Part shown: positions 27,353-37,100 of the stretch, in pieces | Layout: each line of letters starts with the position of its first letter | How positions within the stretch are numbered: the stretch's first letter is position 1 | DNA from: an uncultured Acidobacteriota bacterium | GTDB taxonomy: Bacteria > Acidobacteriota > Terriglobia > Terriglobales > Acidobacteriaceae | Direction of reading: 5' to 3' | Length of the DNA: 64,000 nucleotides | Assembly (NCBI GenBank): GCA_963799305.1 | Contig: CAWCWX010000004.1 | Location: 43,320 to 107,319, forward strand | Program-made: the position numbers and the translations under genes | Notes under the pieces: generated by a model | What the model was told of the DNA's origin: nothing | The model's database searches: none | The model's input: only the letters and a program-made list of their open reading frames with translations

Positions 27353-28457
27353 TTGGCGTCCACACAGACAAAAGCAGGATCGTGCATCTACGACCTCGAC
27401 ACCCCCGCAACGCTAATTGACCTGGATCGTCTTGAGAACAACATCGCCGACTGGCAAGGTCACGCTGACCGTTGCGGCGTCGGTCTTAGACCGCACATCA
27501 AGACTCATAAGATTCCTGAGATCGCGCGCATGCAGATGGCCGCCGGTGCGCGCGGGATCGTCAGCGCCAAGGTCAGCGAAGCAGAGCCGTTTGCGGCGGC
27601 GGGCATCGAGGACATCTGTATTGCGTATCCCGTCGTCGGCGAGACGAAGTGGCAGAGAACAGCGGCGCTGGCGGCGAGGATTAGGACTCTGACGGTGAAC
27701 TGCGACAGCGCGGAGGCGGCGCGCGGGTTGTCGAAAGCGGCGGTTGCGGCTGGGGTTACGATCCAGCTCCAGATCGACATCGACAGTGGGCTGCATCGCG
27801 GGGGAATTCCACGGGAGGACGATGAGGCGATCGGAGAGATTGGCCGTCGAAATACAAGCGCTGCCCGGTTTGCGACTCGCGGGGATTACGACATTTCGTT
27901 CGAGCACATTTCCCGGCGCGCCCGAGTCGCGGTAGATGCCGGGCAATGCCGAAGGACGCTTGGTTTCGGAGATCGCAAATCGCTTGCGGGCAGGCGGCGT
28001 CGAGATCAGCGAGATTACAGCTGGTAGCACGCCGACTGGTAAATGGGTCGCTGAAGTAGCGGGAGTTACCGAGGTGCGAGCGGGGAATTATGTTTTTTAT
28101 GACTTGATGCAGTTGAATAACGGCGTCGCAAAAGAAGAGCAACTGGCGCTCTCGGTTTTGTGCACGGTGGTGAGCAAGTCGGGAAACGGCGATCTGACGA
28201 TCGATGGCGGCTCCAAAACGTTCAGTGGCGACGGAGGCGGCCTTGCGCGGGCCGTCGATCGTCGGATCCTTGTGGAGCGCCTTAGTGAAGAACACGGAGT
28301 CGCGCGCACCGAGGAGGAAGTGAAGCTGGGAGAAAAAATCCGCTTCTTTCCTTACCACGCTTGCACCTGCGTTAATCTGAGTGACGAAATCATCGGCTTC
28401 CGAGGCGAGCGGGTGGAAGTGGTTTGGCCGGTGCAGGCACGGGGACTCAGGACATAA
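27353..28457 (+). pseudogene. D-threonine aldolase / D-serine dehydratase-like PLP enzyme (alanine racemase N-terminal fold), disrupted
   Basis: The N-terminal part (frame of ORF 27254..28027) carries the PLP-Lys motif RPHIKTHK. Sense continues in another frame from about 27840 (LAVEIQALPGLRLAGITTFRSS, ORF 27744..27935). An in-frame TAG at 27933-27935 is then followed immediately by ATG and the C-terminal part (27936..28457, ...PYHACTCVNL). The start coordinate is approximate (TTG 27353). Confidence 0.55.
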
Positions 28458-28491
28458 CCGCGCAGTGTCGAAAATAATCCGAGGAGAGGGA

Positions 28492-28962
28492 ATGACGAAA
28501 TACGTGATTCAGACGAAACAGGGCGCTGCTCCGCAAGGGGCGTATTCGCAGGGCTGGCGTGCCGGGGACTTTATCTTCGTGACCGGAACTGGTCCTGTGG
28601 ACCCGAAGACGGGCAAATTGGCGGGCGAATCCATCGAAGAGCAGACGGAACTAGTGATCAGCAATATGGAGTCTGTGCTCGCCGCCGACAACGCTACTCT
28701 GTCGGACGTAGTCAAGGTGACGGTTCACTTGAGTGACCCATCACTCTTTGCTCGCTACAACGCGGTCTACGCCCGTCGTCTTGCTGCTCCGTATCCGGTT
28801 CGGACCACGGTTGGCAGCGACTTGGGTGCGCTGCCCGGAATGCTGATCGAAGCCGATTGCATCGCGTATGCGCCGCTGAAAAAGTCTGCCCTGCGAAAAC
28901 CCATCCCAAAGAAGAAGAAAGGCATGAGCCAGCGCGGTACCCAAAAGCGCTCCAGTCGGTAG
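28492..28962 (+). CDS. RidA/YjgF/UK114 family enamine/imine deaminase-like protein
   Basis: ATG 28492 (GAGGAG upstream) lies within ORF 28381..28962. The product reads MTKYVIQTKQGAAPQGAYSQGWRAGDFIFVTGTGPVDPKTG...VKVTVHL...PVRTTVG...IEADCIA. Confidence 0.85.
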   Translation: MTKYVIQTKQGAAPQGAYSQGWRAGDFIFVTGTGPVDPKTGKLAGESIEEQTELVISNMESVLAADNATLSDVVKVTVHLSDPSLFARYNAVYARRLAAPYPVRTTVGSDLGALPGMLIEADCIAYAPLKKSALRKPIPKKKKGMSQRGTQKRSSR

Positions 28963-30399
28963 TCAGCGGTTGGCGCGCATTCTCGAGGCCGATTTTCGAA
29001 AATAGAAGTAAAGGGGAAGGCCTGCGGCGATCAGTCCCACGCCAACGCTCGATTCGAGCGGCCGGGTGTGAATCGTATTCCACACCAGCCAACCGGCAAC
29101 GACTACAAACACCAGTGGCAGGAATGGGTAGGCGAGCGTTTTGTAAGGACGCTCCGCGTCCGGCATTTTCCGCCGCAGGGCAAAGACAGAAGTCGTGACC
29201 AGCGCATAAAAAATCCACGAAGCAAACACGACACAGTCGGTGAGCTGATCGTACGTTCCCGACATGGCGAGCAGACTCGCCCAGATTCCCTGCAACACGA
29301 TGGAGAACACAGGGACATGAGTCGCGCCGCTAAGTCGTCCGAAGGGAGCGAAGAACAGGCCGTCGCGGGCCATCGCAAAAGGCACCCGGGCACAGGAGAG
29401 AATGGTGCCGTTCAAGGCGCCCAACGTCGATATCACAAAGACCAACGAGACGAAGGTTGCGCCGTGATTCCCCCAGAAAGTCTGGGCGGCCCTGGCCGCG
29501 ACCGGGAGTGCGTCGCGGTAGGCGGTGGAGTTGGAAGTCAGGACTTCGGAAAACGGGAGAGCGTAGAAATACGAAAAGTTAGCCACGCAATAAATTACGA
29601 CGATCGCTCCCAATCCGATGATCAGACCTCGGGGAACGTTACGGGTCGGCTGCTGTACTTCGCCGGCAACCATCGGCATCTGATTCCAGCCTTCGTAGGC
29701 CCATAGTGCTGCGAGCATCGCGGTTCCGAATGCGGCTAGACCGGTAAACGGCTTTGCGTCCGCGGAACGCACCAAGTGTGTTACCGAGCCTCCTTTGGAG
29801 AAGAGAAGGATGCCCCCGACGATGACCGCAATACCCGCCACCTTGAGAACCGTCAGCAAGAGTTGCACCTGACCACCCAGCAGTACGCGGCCGCAGTTCA
29901 AAGCAGAGAGCAAAACGATTACGCCTACCGCTAATGCCTGCTGCGTTCCGAATCTCCATACCATCGCCTGGCCAAAGGCACGGTAGCTGTATTCAGCCCA
30001 GATGTGATTGATAGGCAGCACGGCGGCCAGGAATGTCGCGAAGCCGACGGCGAGGCTGGCGACCGAACCCGCAGATCCCATCACGAACCTCATCCAGCCA
30101 TACAGGAAGGCGGGCCATTCGCCGTAGGCCTCGAGCACGTAGACATATTCGCCACCGGCGCGGGGCAGAAGCGCCCCCAATTCGGCATACGTGAGCGCGC
30201 CCGCCATGGAAAGGAGCCCGGCAATCACCCAGGCCCAAAGCACAAGGCCGGGCGATCCCACGGTCTGAGCCATCACCGCGGCTTTGAGAAAAACTCCGGT
30301 GCCAATCACGGTCCCTACGACGAGAGAAATCGTGTGGGTAAGCGTGAGTCCTCGTTCGAGTTGTGGCTGCGGAGTCGGATCGGTGCGGGAAACGCTCAT
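28963..30399 (-). CDS. APC superfamily amino acid permease
   Basis: 478-aa polytopic ORF with N-terminus LTHTISLVVGTVIGTGVFLK and about 12 hydrophobic segments. Confidence 0.9.
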   Translation of the reverse strand: MSVSRTDPTPQPQLERGLTLTHTISLVVGTVIGTGVFLKAAVMAQTVGSPGLVLWAWVIAGLLSMAGALTYAELGALLPRAGGEYVYVLEAYGEWPAFLYGWMRFVMGSAGSVASLAVGFATFLAAVLPINHIWAEYSYRAFGQAMVWRFGTQQALAVGVIVLLSALNCGRVLLGGQVQLLLTVLKVAGIAVIVGGILLFSKGGSVTHLVRSADAKPFTGLAAFGTAMLAALWAYEGWNQMPMVAGEVQQPTRNVPRGLIIGLGAIVVIYCVANFSYFYALPFSEVLTSNSTAYRDALPVAARAAQTFWGNHGATFVSLVFVISTLGALNGTILSCARVPFAMARDGLFFAPFGRLSGATHVPVFSIVLQGIWASLLAMSGTYDQLTDCVVFASWIFYALVTTSVFALRRKMPDAERPYKTLAYPFLPLVFVVVAGWLVWNTIHTRPLESSVGVGLIAAGLPLYFYFRKSASRMRANR

Positions 30400-30518
30400 T
30401 GGGATTCAACGCCCCGCGGATTCGCGCTCAGCCGGAGTTGCATTCGGGGAAGTATATGGGCGTTGGCTGAAAACGCCAAACGGAGGCAACCTGTTTGATG
30501 ATAGGGCGTCAAATGCGG
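30278..30518. repeat. Direct repeat copy 1 (permease 5' coding end, leader and promoter region)
   Basis: About 240 bp, roughly 85-90 percent identical by eye to 32730..32972. The shared stretch runs from GAGAAAAACTCCGGTGCCAATCACGGTCCCTAC through GGCGTTGGCTGAAAACGCCAAACGG. Confidence 0.75.
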
Positions 30519-30549
30519 CATTCATGAGAGACCGGCGGGGACGGCGACG

Positions 30550-30652
30550 CCGGGCAGGGACGACTATCACGAGCTTTGGATCGATCCCGAAGAATTCCTC
30601 AGATAGTGCTGGGACCGGATCAGGGACGATCGTCGGTCTCGACCGGGGCCAG
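30550..30652 (+). other. Degenerate ~100-bp fragment copy of the BNR gene (about 25167..25272)
   Basis: GGGACGACTATCACGAGCTTTGGATCGA(T)CCCGAAGAATTCCTC...GGATCAGGGACGA.CGTC.GTCTCGACCG is shared with the BNR CDS. Indels are present and there is no open frame. Confidence 0.5.
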
Positions 30653-30802
30653 TCGGACTCGTCGTTGAGAGTGTCAAATCAGGCGCGGAGAGCCACATGT
30701 TGCGGCCACCTGCCGCCGGCACCGGAGGCAACGGCACTCCGACTGCACCTTAAAACCCATCCGCATTCCAACTTCAAGGGCTTGGTATCACCACTCGCTC
30801 CT

Positions 30803-32599
30803 CTACTCCACTCCGTCCAAGGCCGCGTTCAGCCCCGCAATGTCCGCGCCCAGATCCTTGCCATCGCTGCCTGCTTGCGCATAGCGGCTCCCCGGCTGGA
30901 GCCGGTAGTCGCCGCCACTGAAGTCGACAAATCCCGCCGCCTTCGCATCTGCGGGAAAGAAATTCCCCGCCGGCCACGATGAGGGAGGGAAAGGGTCGGG
31001 CGTTCCGATCAGCGCATTATTCTTGAAGGTGGATGTAGTGAAGCATTTTCTGACCTTCTGTGCAGGCGTGCCTTTGGCGGCGCAACTGCTGCGCCCCCCT
31101 CCCGAACTCCACAACGGATAGCGGGCGGTCGTCATCATGTTGTTGGTGAATACAAGTCCGTACATCGCGGGATTGTTTCTGCTATTTCCAAAAAGAGCGA
31201 GATGCGCGATCTCGTCCGGAAACCCGGTGACATGATTGATCGTCACGGTATTCAATGGATGCTTGGACCAGCCATTCTCGATCAGAAACAGATTCCCGCC
31301 GCCCACATATTTTTTGCTGATGTCGTCCATGACGACATCGTGAACGCTAAAGCGAGCTCCTGCCAGTGCTTGTCCGCCATGGCTGGCTTTCTTCGAATTC
31401 TTGCAACCGAGATCGCAGCCGGTGGAAAACGCCATACCCCCGCCCGCGTGCGCGATGCGTACATAGCGAATTGTCACATCGGTAACCTGGCACAAGGGAC
31501 AGACGTAGGCGCCCCTCTTCGTGTGTTGGTTTTTCGGGCTCAGCACAATGGCTCGTCCCGTTTGCGTGAAACCTCCCCAGGAGTTCTCCATCAGGTTCGC
31601 TTCGATCAGCACACGAATCGCATTCTTCAGCTCAAGATGATTCTTGACCACGAACGGGTTACCCGTAACTCCGCCTACGAAGTCTGGTTGTCCCTTCATC
31701 CATTGCATGGGCTTGAAGAAATGATTGCGGCGAACCACAATGTCGGTCGGCGTGGTAGTCGCCGCGCCCCCTCCGAACATCACAGCTTCGCCGGAGGCCT
31801 CGAGGAAGTTGTTCTCGATCTTGAAGGGGCCATCCTGATGATCTCCATTGCCTCCGCCGATGGCGTGAGCATCGGTGCAAATCCCGGAAGAAGCAGTGCA
31901 ATGGAAATCGTTCAAGTAGGAGTCAACAACCGCAAAATTTGTGGCCCCTCGCAGTGAGATGCCGTTGCGCGTCTCATCCTGAACCGTGCCGTGAAACCAG
32001 CAGCGGTCCACGACCACATGATCGTTGGTGCCTCGGAGATCGGGGGAAAGCAGCGCGGAAGTATTGCTTAACCCTGCACTGCGCGTGACCTCCAGTCCGA
32101 TCAGCCGATAATGATTGGCTCCTTTGCTCATCACCAGCGGCCCGGGGGACATGGTGTTGTTCTCGATTCGAGCCAGCACATTCTGTGGATTCACGCAGTT
32201 GTAATCCGGACGGCCCGGCAGAGACGCCACGCCGCCATAGCACGGAGTCATGCGCTGCCCTTCGCCCGGCAACAGACTGTCGTCCGCGCTAGTCCGCACC
32301 ACGATCCAGTGCCCGGCATCGCAGTTCTTCGCGCGCAGATAGAATCTGCCCAGGAACACCGCTCCCGCCTCCAATTCCACCGTGTCTCCGCAGTGTGCTT
32401 TATCCAATGCGGCCTGAAGATCACCACCCGCCGGCACCGTGACAATGCTGCCCGGCGCAGGCGTGTCCGACATCGCACTGGCGACACTTACCCGAGGCAA
32501 TTCCGCCGGACCATCGAAGGCGCCTTTTCCCCAGGCCGGAACCGCGAGACAAGCGAAAAATAAAACGAGGATCGGAAACAGAGAACGAAATAATTTCAT
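30803..32599 (-). CDS. Secreted right-handed parallel beta-helix repeat protein
   Basis: ATG 32599 (AAGGAG upstream) gives the signal peptide MKLFRSLFPILVLFFACLAVPAWG. The body is beta-helix-like (GDTVELEAGAVFLGRFYL..., NNFLEASGEAVMFGGG, VVRRNHFF). The ORF track extends the frame to 32854 through a duplicated permease 5' end. Confidence 0.75.
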   Translation of the reverse strand: MKLFRSLFPILVLFFACLAVPAWGKGAFDGPAELPRVSVASAMSDTPAPGSIVTVPAGGDLQAALDKAHCGDTVELEAGAVFLGRFYLRAKNCDAGHWIVVRTSADDSLLPGEGQRMTPCYGGVASLPGRPDYNCVNPQNVLARIENNTMSPGPLVMSKGANHYRLIGLEVTRSAGLSNTSALLSPDLRGTNDHVVVDRCWFHGTVQDETRNGISLRGATNFAVVDSYLNDFHCTASSGICTDAHAIGGGNGDHQDGPFKIENNFLEASGEAVMFGGGAATTTPTDIVVRRNHFFKPMQWMKGQPDFVGGVTGNPFVVKNHLELKNAIRVLIEANLMENSWGGFTQTGRAIVLSPKNQHTKRGAYVCPLCQVTDVTIRYVRIAHAGGGMAFSTGCDLGCKNSKKASHGGQALAGARFSVHDVVMDDISKKYVGGGNLFLIENGWSKHPLNTVTINHVTGFPDEIAHLALFGNSRNNPAMYGLVFTNNMMTTARYPLWSSGGGRSSCAAKGTPAQKVRKCFTTSTFKNNALIGTPDPFPPSSWPAGNFFPADAKAAGFVDFSGGDYRLQPGSRYAQAGSDGKDLGADIAGLNAALDGVE

Positions 32600-32729
32600 C
32601 AGAAGCTCCTTAAGTGATCGAGCGATCATTGCGCGACCCATGAAGCAGAATGAGTACCGAATCGTAAGTCGTTTTACTGACGGGGACAAAATATGTCGGG
32701 CAGATGACGAGCCTTTCTCGGACATAGCG

Positions 32730-32972
32730 CGGCGGCTTTTGAGAAAAACTCCGGTGCCAATCACGGTCCCTACAACGAGAGAAATCGTGCAGGTGAGCGC
32801 GAGTCCTCGTTCGAGTTGTGACTGGGGAGTTGGATCGGTGCGGGAAACGCTCACGGGGATTCAACATGCCGCAGATTCGCGCTCAGCCGGAGTTGCGTTC
32901 GGGGAACTATATGGCGTTGGCTGAAAACGCCAAACGGATGCGAGCTGTTCAATGATAGGGTGTCGAGTGCGG
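32730..32972. repeat. Direct repeat copy 2 (permease 5' fragment, leader and promoter region)
   Basis: See 30278..30518. This copy encodes MSVSRTDPTPQSQLERGLALTCTISLVVGTVIGTGVFLK, against MSVSRTDPTPQPQLERGLTLTHTISLVVGTVIGTGVFLK in the intact permease. Confidence 0.75.
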
Positions 32973-33023
32973 GCCTCCCACAGGAGGCTGGCTGAGACAT
33001 CGCACACTCGAATCTGCGCTTGA

Positions 33024-33998
33024 TTGGAGAGGTCGGTGAAAATTGTACATGTTGTCGGAGCTCGCCCAAATTTCATGAAGGTGGCGCCAGTGCTGGAGGC
33101 GCTGCGCGCGAAGAACGGAATAGTTCAAACCCTGATTCATACCGGTCAGCATTATGACGCCAACATGTCGGATGTGTTCTTCAGGCAGCTTAGCCTTCCG
33201 GCCCCGGACGTGAATCTCGAGGTTGGCTCCGGGACGCATGCAGCGCAGACGGCAGAGATCATGGCGCGGCTGGAGCCGGTGGTTGCGAATTGCAAACCGG
33301 ACATGGTGCTCGTGTATGGGGACGTCAATTCAACGGTGGCGACCGCCCTAGTCTGCGCCAAGATGGGCGTCCGGGTAGGGCATGTGGAAGCGGGGCTGCG
33401 GTCGTTTGATCGCAGCATGCCGGAGGAGATCAATCGGCTGGTGACGGACCAGTTGGCGGATTTGCTGTTTACTCCTTCGGAAGATGGCGACGAAAATCTT
33501 CGGCGGGAAGGGATTGCGTCGGAGAGAATTCATCGTGTGGGGAATGTCATGATCGATTCGCTGGTGCGACTGCTTCCCCTGGCGAAGAAATGCAACATGA
33601 GCGGATTCCCGGAGCGATACGTGCTGGTGACGCTGCACCGGCCGTCGAACGTAGACGACAGCGCGACCCTCAAGGGAATTTTGGAATCGCTGCTGGAGAT
33701 CAACGAACGGATTGCCGTGGTGTTTCCGGTGCATCCACGCACGCAGCAGAGGATCGCTGCGCTTGGCGTTCCTCTGAGCAATCTCCATTTGTCTGAGCCA
33801 TTGCCCTACATCGAGTTTCTGGCACTCCAAAGCAGGGCTACGGCGGTGCTGACGGATTCCGGGGGCATCCAGGAAGAGACGACGTACCTGGGGGTGCCGT
33901 GCCTCACGCTGCGCACGAACACGGAGCGGCCGGTCACGGTGACCATAGGCACGAACACTTTGGTGGGACAGGATCGCCAGAAACTTACGCGGAACTGA
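33024..33998 (+). CDS. wecB: UDP-N-acetylglucosamine 2-epimerase (non-hydrolysing), C-terminally truncated by a frameshift
   Basis: Motifs are KIVHVVGARPNFMKVAPV, TGQHYD, NMSDVFF, VGSGTHAAQTA and DSGGIQEETTYLGVPCLTLRTNTERP. The canonical C-terminus continues in two other frames to TGA 34093-34095. Confidence 0.85.
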   Translation: MERSVKIVHVVGARPNFMKVAPVLEALRAKNGIVQTLIHTGQHYDANMSDVFFRQLSLPAPDVNLEVGSGTHAAQTAEIMARLEPVVANCKPDMVLVYGDVNSTVATALVCAKMGVRVGHVEAGLRSFDRSMPEEINRLVTDQLADLLFTPSEDGDENLRREGIASERIHRVGNVMIDSLVRLLPLAKKCNMSGFPERYVLVTLHRPSNVDDSATLKGILESLLEINERIAVVFPVHPRTQQRIAALGVPLSNLHLSEPLPYIEFLALQSRATAVLTDSGGIQEETTYLGVPCLTLRTNTERPVTVTIGTNTLVGQDRQKLTRN

Positions 33999-34115
33999 CA
34001 AGAGTTCTCGATGGAGTCGGTAAACTGGGCAAATCCCGCCGCTCTGGGATGGTCGAGCCGGCGAGCGCATTGCGGAGATCCTCTGTCCCCACTGACGATT
34101 TCCACTGTGACCAAC

Positions 34116-34159
34116 GTGTCTCTGTGGTTGAGATCGAAAGCTTGAACCACAGAGGACAC
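34116..34159. terminator. Long hairpin between convergent wecB and the giant lipoprotein gene
   Basis: GTGTCTCTGTGGTT, a 15-nt loop, then AACCACAGAGGACAC, giving a 14/15-bp stem with one bulge. There is no clear U-tract on either strand. Confidence 0.4.
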
Positions 34160-34174
34160 GGAGGTACCGAGAAA

Positions 34175-37100
34175 TCACGGGGTCGGGATCACCGCTTGCA
34201 CTTCATTTGAAGGACCGCTCTCGACATTGCTCGAATCCACGGCTTTGGCTACGTAGAAGTAGGTCTGCCCGGAGGTGACGCCGCTATCGGTGTAGGCGGT
34301 GGTTGCCACCAGGGAACCACCGTTGATCGGCGACCCGTACGAACCGGACGCAGTACGGCGGTAGACGTTGTATCCGACCACGTTCGGCGACCCGCTGGCG
34401 TTCCAGGTCAAGTCGACACTGTGCGGTAGCGGCGCCTGGCCGTTGCCCGTGAGGGCTTCGACGGTGGGTGAGTTCGACGCGTTGCTCAGGAACGTCAGGC
34501 TGGCGCTCGCAGCGCCGCTGGCGTTCGGTGTGAAGGTAACCGTAAAGGTAGCGGATTGCCCGGCCGCGATGGTTTTCGGGAGAGTGATTCCAGAGAGTAC
34601 GAACTCGGAGCTATCACTGCTGCCCGAGGAAACCGTCACCGAGGCGCCGGTGGCGGTTAGGCTGCCGCTCAGGGCCTTGCTTGAATTCACCAATACGTTG
34701 CCGAAGTTCAGAGTGCTCGGTGAGACCGACAGTTGACCCGGAGCACCTCCCGTCCCGGACAGGCCGATGTTCAAGGGGGAATTCGACGCATTCGAGATAA
34801 TTGCCAGGGTTCCGCTTACAGCCCCGGCAGCTGTGGGGGCAAACGTGGCGGTGAAGGTGACGCTCTGGCCGGAGTTGAGCGTCGTCGGCAATGTCAAGCC
34901 GCTGATGGAGAAGCCTGTCCCGGTGACATTGGACTGCGAAATGGTCACGCTCGATCCGCCGGTGTTGGTCACGGTCTCGGATAGATTCGAGCTGTTTCCT
35001 ACCTGTACGGTTCCGAACGACAGACTTGTTGGATTCGCGGAAAGTGTTCCGGGTGTAACGCCTGTTCCGGAAAGCCCTATGTTAAGCGTGGGGTTCGATC
35101 CGTCCGAGGTGATTTTGACGTTGCCAGTGACCGCTCCGGCGGAGGTGGGCCCAAACTGCACCGTGAAACTGGTGCTTTGGCCGGCCGTGAGTGTCAGGGG
35201 CAACGAAAGCCCACTGATGCTGAAACCGGTGCCCGTTGTGGAGGCCGCGGAAATTGTCAGGCTCGATCCGCCCGAGTTCGTCAACGTCTCGGTCAGAGGC
35301 TTCGAGGAACCCACCACTACGTTGCCGAAACTCAGGCTGGTGGGATTGGGCGTCAGCGAACCCGGTGCAACGCCGGTCCCGGAAAGCGGGATGTTCAGCG
35401 GCGAGTTGGTCGCATCCGAGACGATCGCCAGGTTGCCGCTGACTGCACCGGCTGTGGTCGGTGCGAACTTGACGGAAAAGGTCACGGTCTGCGTCGGCGT
35501 CAAGGTTACGGGTAACGAGAGTCCGGTGACTGTGAAGGTTGCGCCGGTGATGTTCGCCTGGGAAATGGTGACGTTGACTCCGCCCGTGTTGGTGAGCGTT
35601 TCCGAAAGGCTGGCATTGCTGCCAATCTGCACGTTGCCGAACGAGAGACTCGTGGGATTTGCGGAGAGTGTTCCGGCGGTGACCCCGGTTGCCGAAAGAG
35701 CGATGTTCAGGGTCGGGTTAGAGCCGTTGGATGTAATAGTGACGTTGCCGGTCGCGGCGCCGGTGGCAGTGGGCGTAAACAGAACGTTGAAGGTCGTGGT
35801 CTGACCCGCAGCGAGCGTGATCGGCAGGTTCAGCCCGGTGATGCTGAAGCCGGTGCCGGTGGCTGCCGCGGCGGAAATTGTAAGGCTCGTGCCGCCAGAG
35901 TTGGTCAGGGTCTCAGTCAGAGTTTTGGAGCCGCCCACCGCAACATTGCCGAAACTCAAACTTGCGGGATTCGGGGTGATCTGGCCCGGCGTCACACCTG
36001 TTCCGGAAAGCGGCACGGTGAGTGTTGGATTGTTGGCGTCCGACGTGATCGTCAGATTGCCGCTGGCGCTGCCAGCGACCGTTGGAGTGAAGACGGCGTT
36101 GAAGGTGGCGGACTGTCCGGCGTTGAGGGCGACGGGGAGCGTGGGCCCGTTAAAGCTGTAGCCGGTGCCGGTCGCCGCAGCGTTCGAGATGTTGACCGTG
36201 GTGCCGCCCGTGTTGGTGACGACAACGGCTACCGATTTGTTGTTACCCACCGTCACGTTGCCGAAGGCGACGCTGCTCGGATTAGCCGTCAGCGAACCCG
36301 GTGCAACGCCGGTCCCGGAAAGCGGAATGTTCAGCGGCGAGTTGGTCGCATCCGAGACGATCGCCAGGTTGCCGCTGACTGCACCCGCGGCGGTCGGTGC
36401 GAACTTGACGGAGAAGGTCACGGTCTGCGTCGGCGTCAAAGTTACGGGTAACGAGAGTCCGGTGACGGTGAAGGTTGCGCCGGTGATGTTCGCCTGGGAA
36501 ATGGTGACGTTGACTCCGCCCGTGTTGGTGAGCGTTTCCGAGAGGCTGGCGTTTCCGCCAATCTGCACGTTGCCGAACGAGAGACTCGTGGGATTTGCGG
36601 AGAGTGTTCCGGCGGTGACCCCGGTTGCCGAAAGAGCGATGTTCAGGGTCGGGTTAGAGCCGTTGGATGTAATGGTGACGTTGCCGGTCGCGGCGCCGGT
36701 GGCAGTGGGCGTAAACAGAACGTTGAAGGTCGTGGTCTGACCCGCAGCGAGCGTGATCGGCAGGTTCAGCCCGGTGATGCTGAAGCCGGTGCCGGTAGCC
36801 GCCGCGGCAGAAACTGTAAGGCTCGTGCCGCCAGAGTTGGTCAGGGTTTCAGTCAGAGTTTTGGAGCCGCCTACCGCAACATTGCCGAAACTCAAACTTG
36901 CGGGATTCGGGGTGATCTGGCCCGGCGTTACACCTGTTCCGGAAAGCGGCACGGTGAGTGTCGGATTGTTGGCGTCCGACGTGATCGTCAGATTGCCGCT
37001 GGCGCTGCCAGCGACCGTTGGAGTGAAGACGGCATTGAAGGTGGCGGACTGTCCGGCGTTGAGGGCGACGGGGAGCGTGGGTCCGTTAAGGGTGTAGCCG

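Noticed and set aside
34178-34198. The terminal IPTP/IPSP of the FN3-like modules as a C-terminal sorting signal (compare IPTL- or PEP-type CTERM domains)
   Set aside because: The proteins end right after the motif. No TM helix or basic cluster follows, so this is not an exosortase-type sorting domain.
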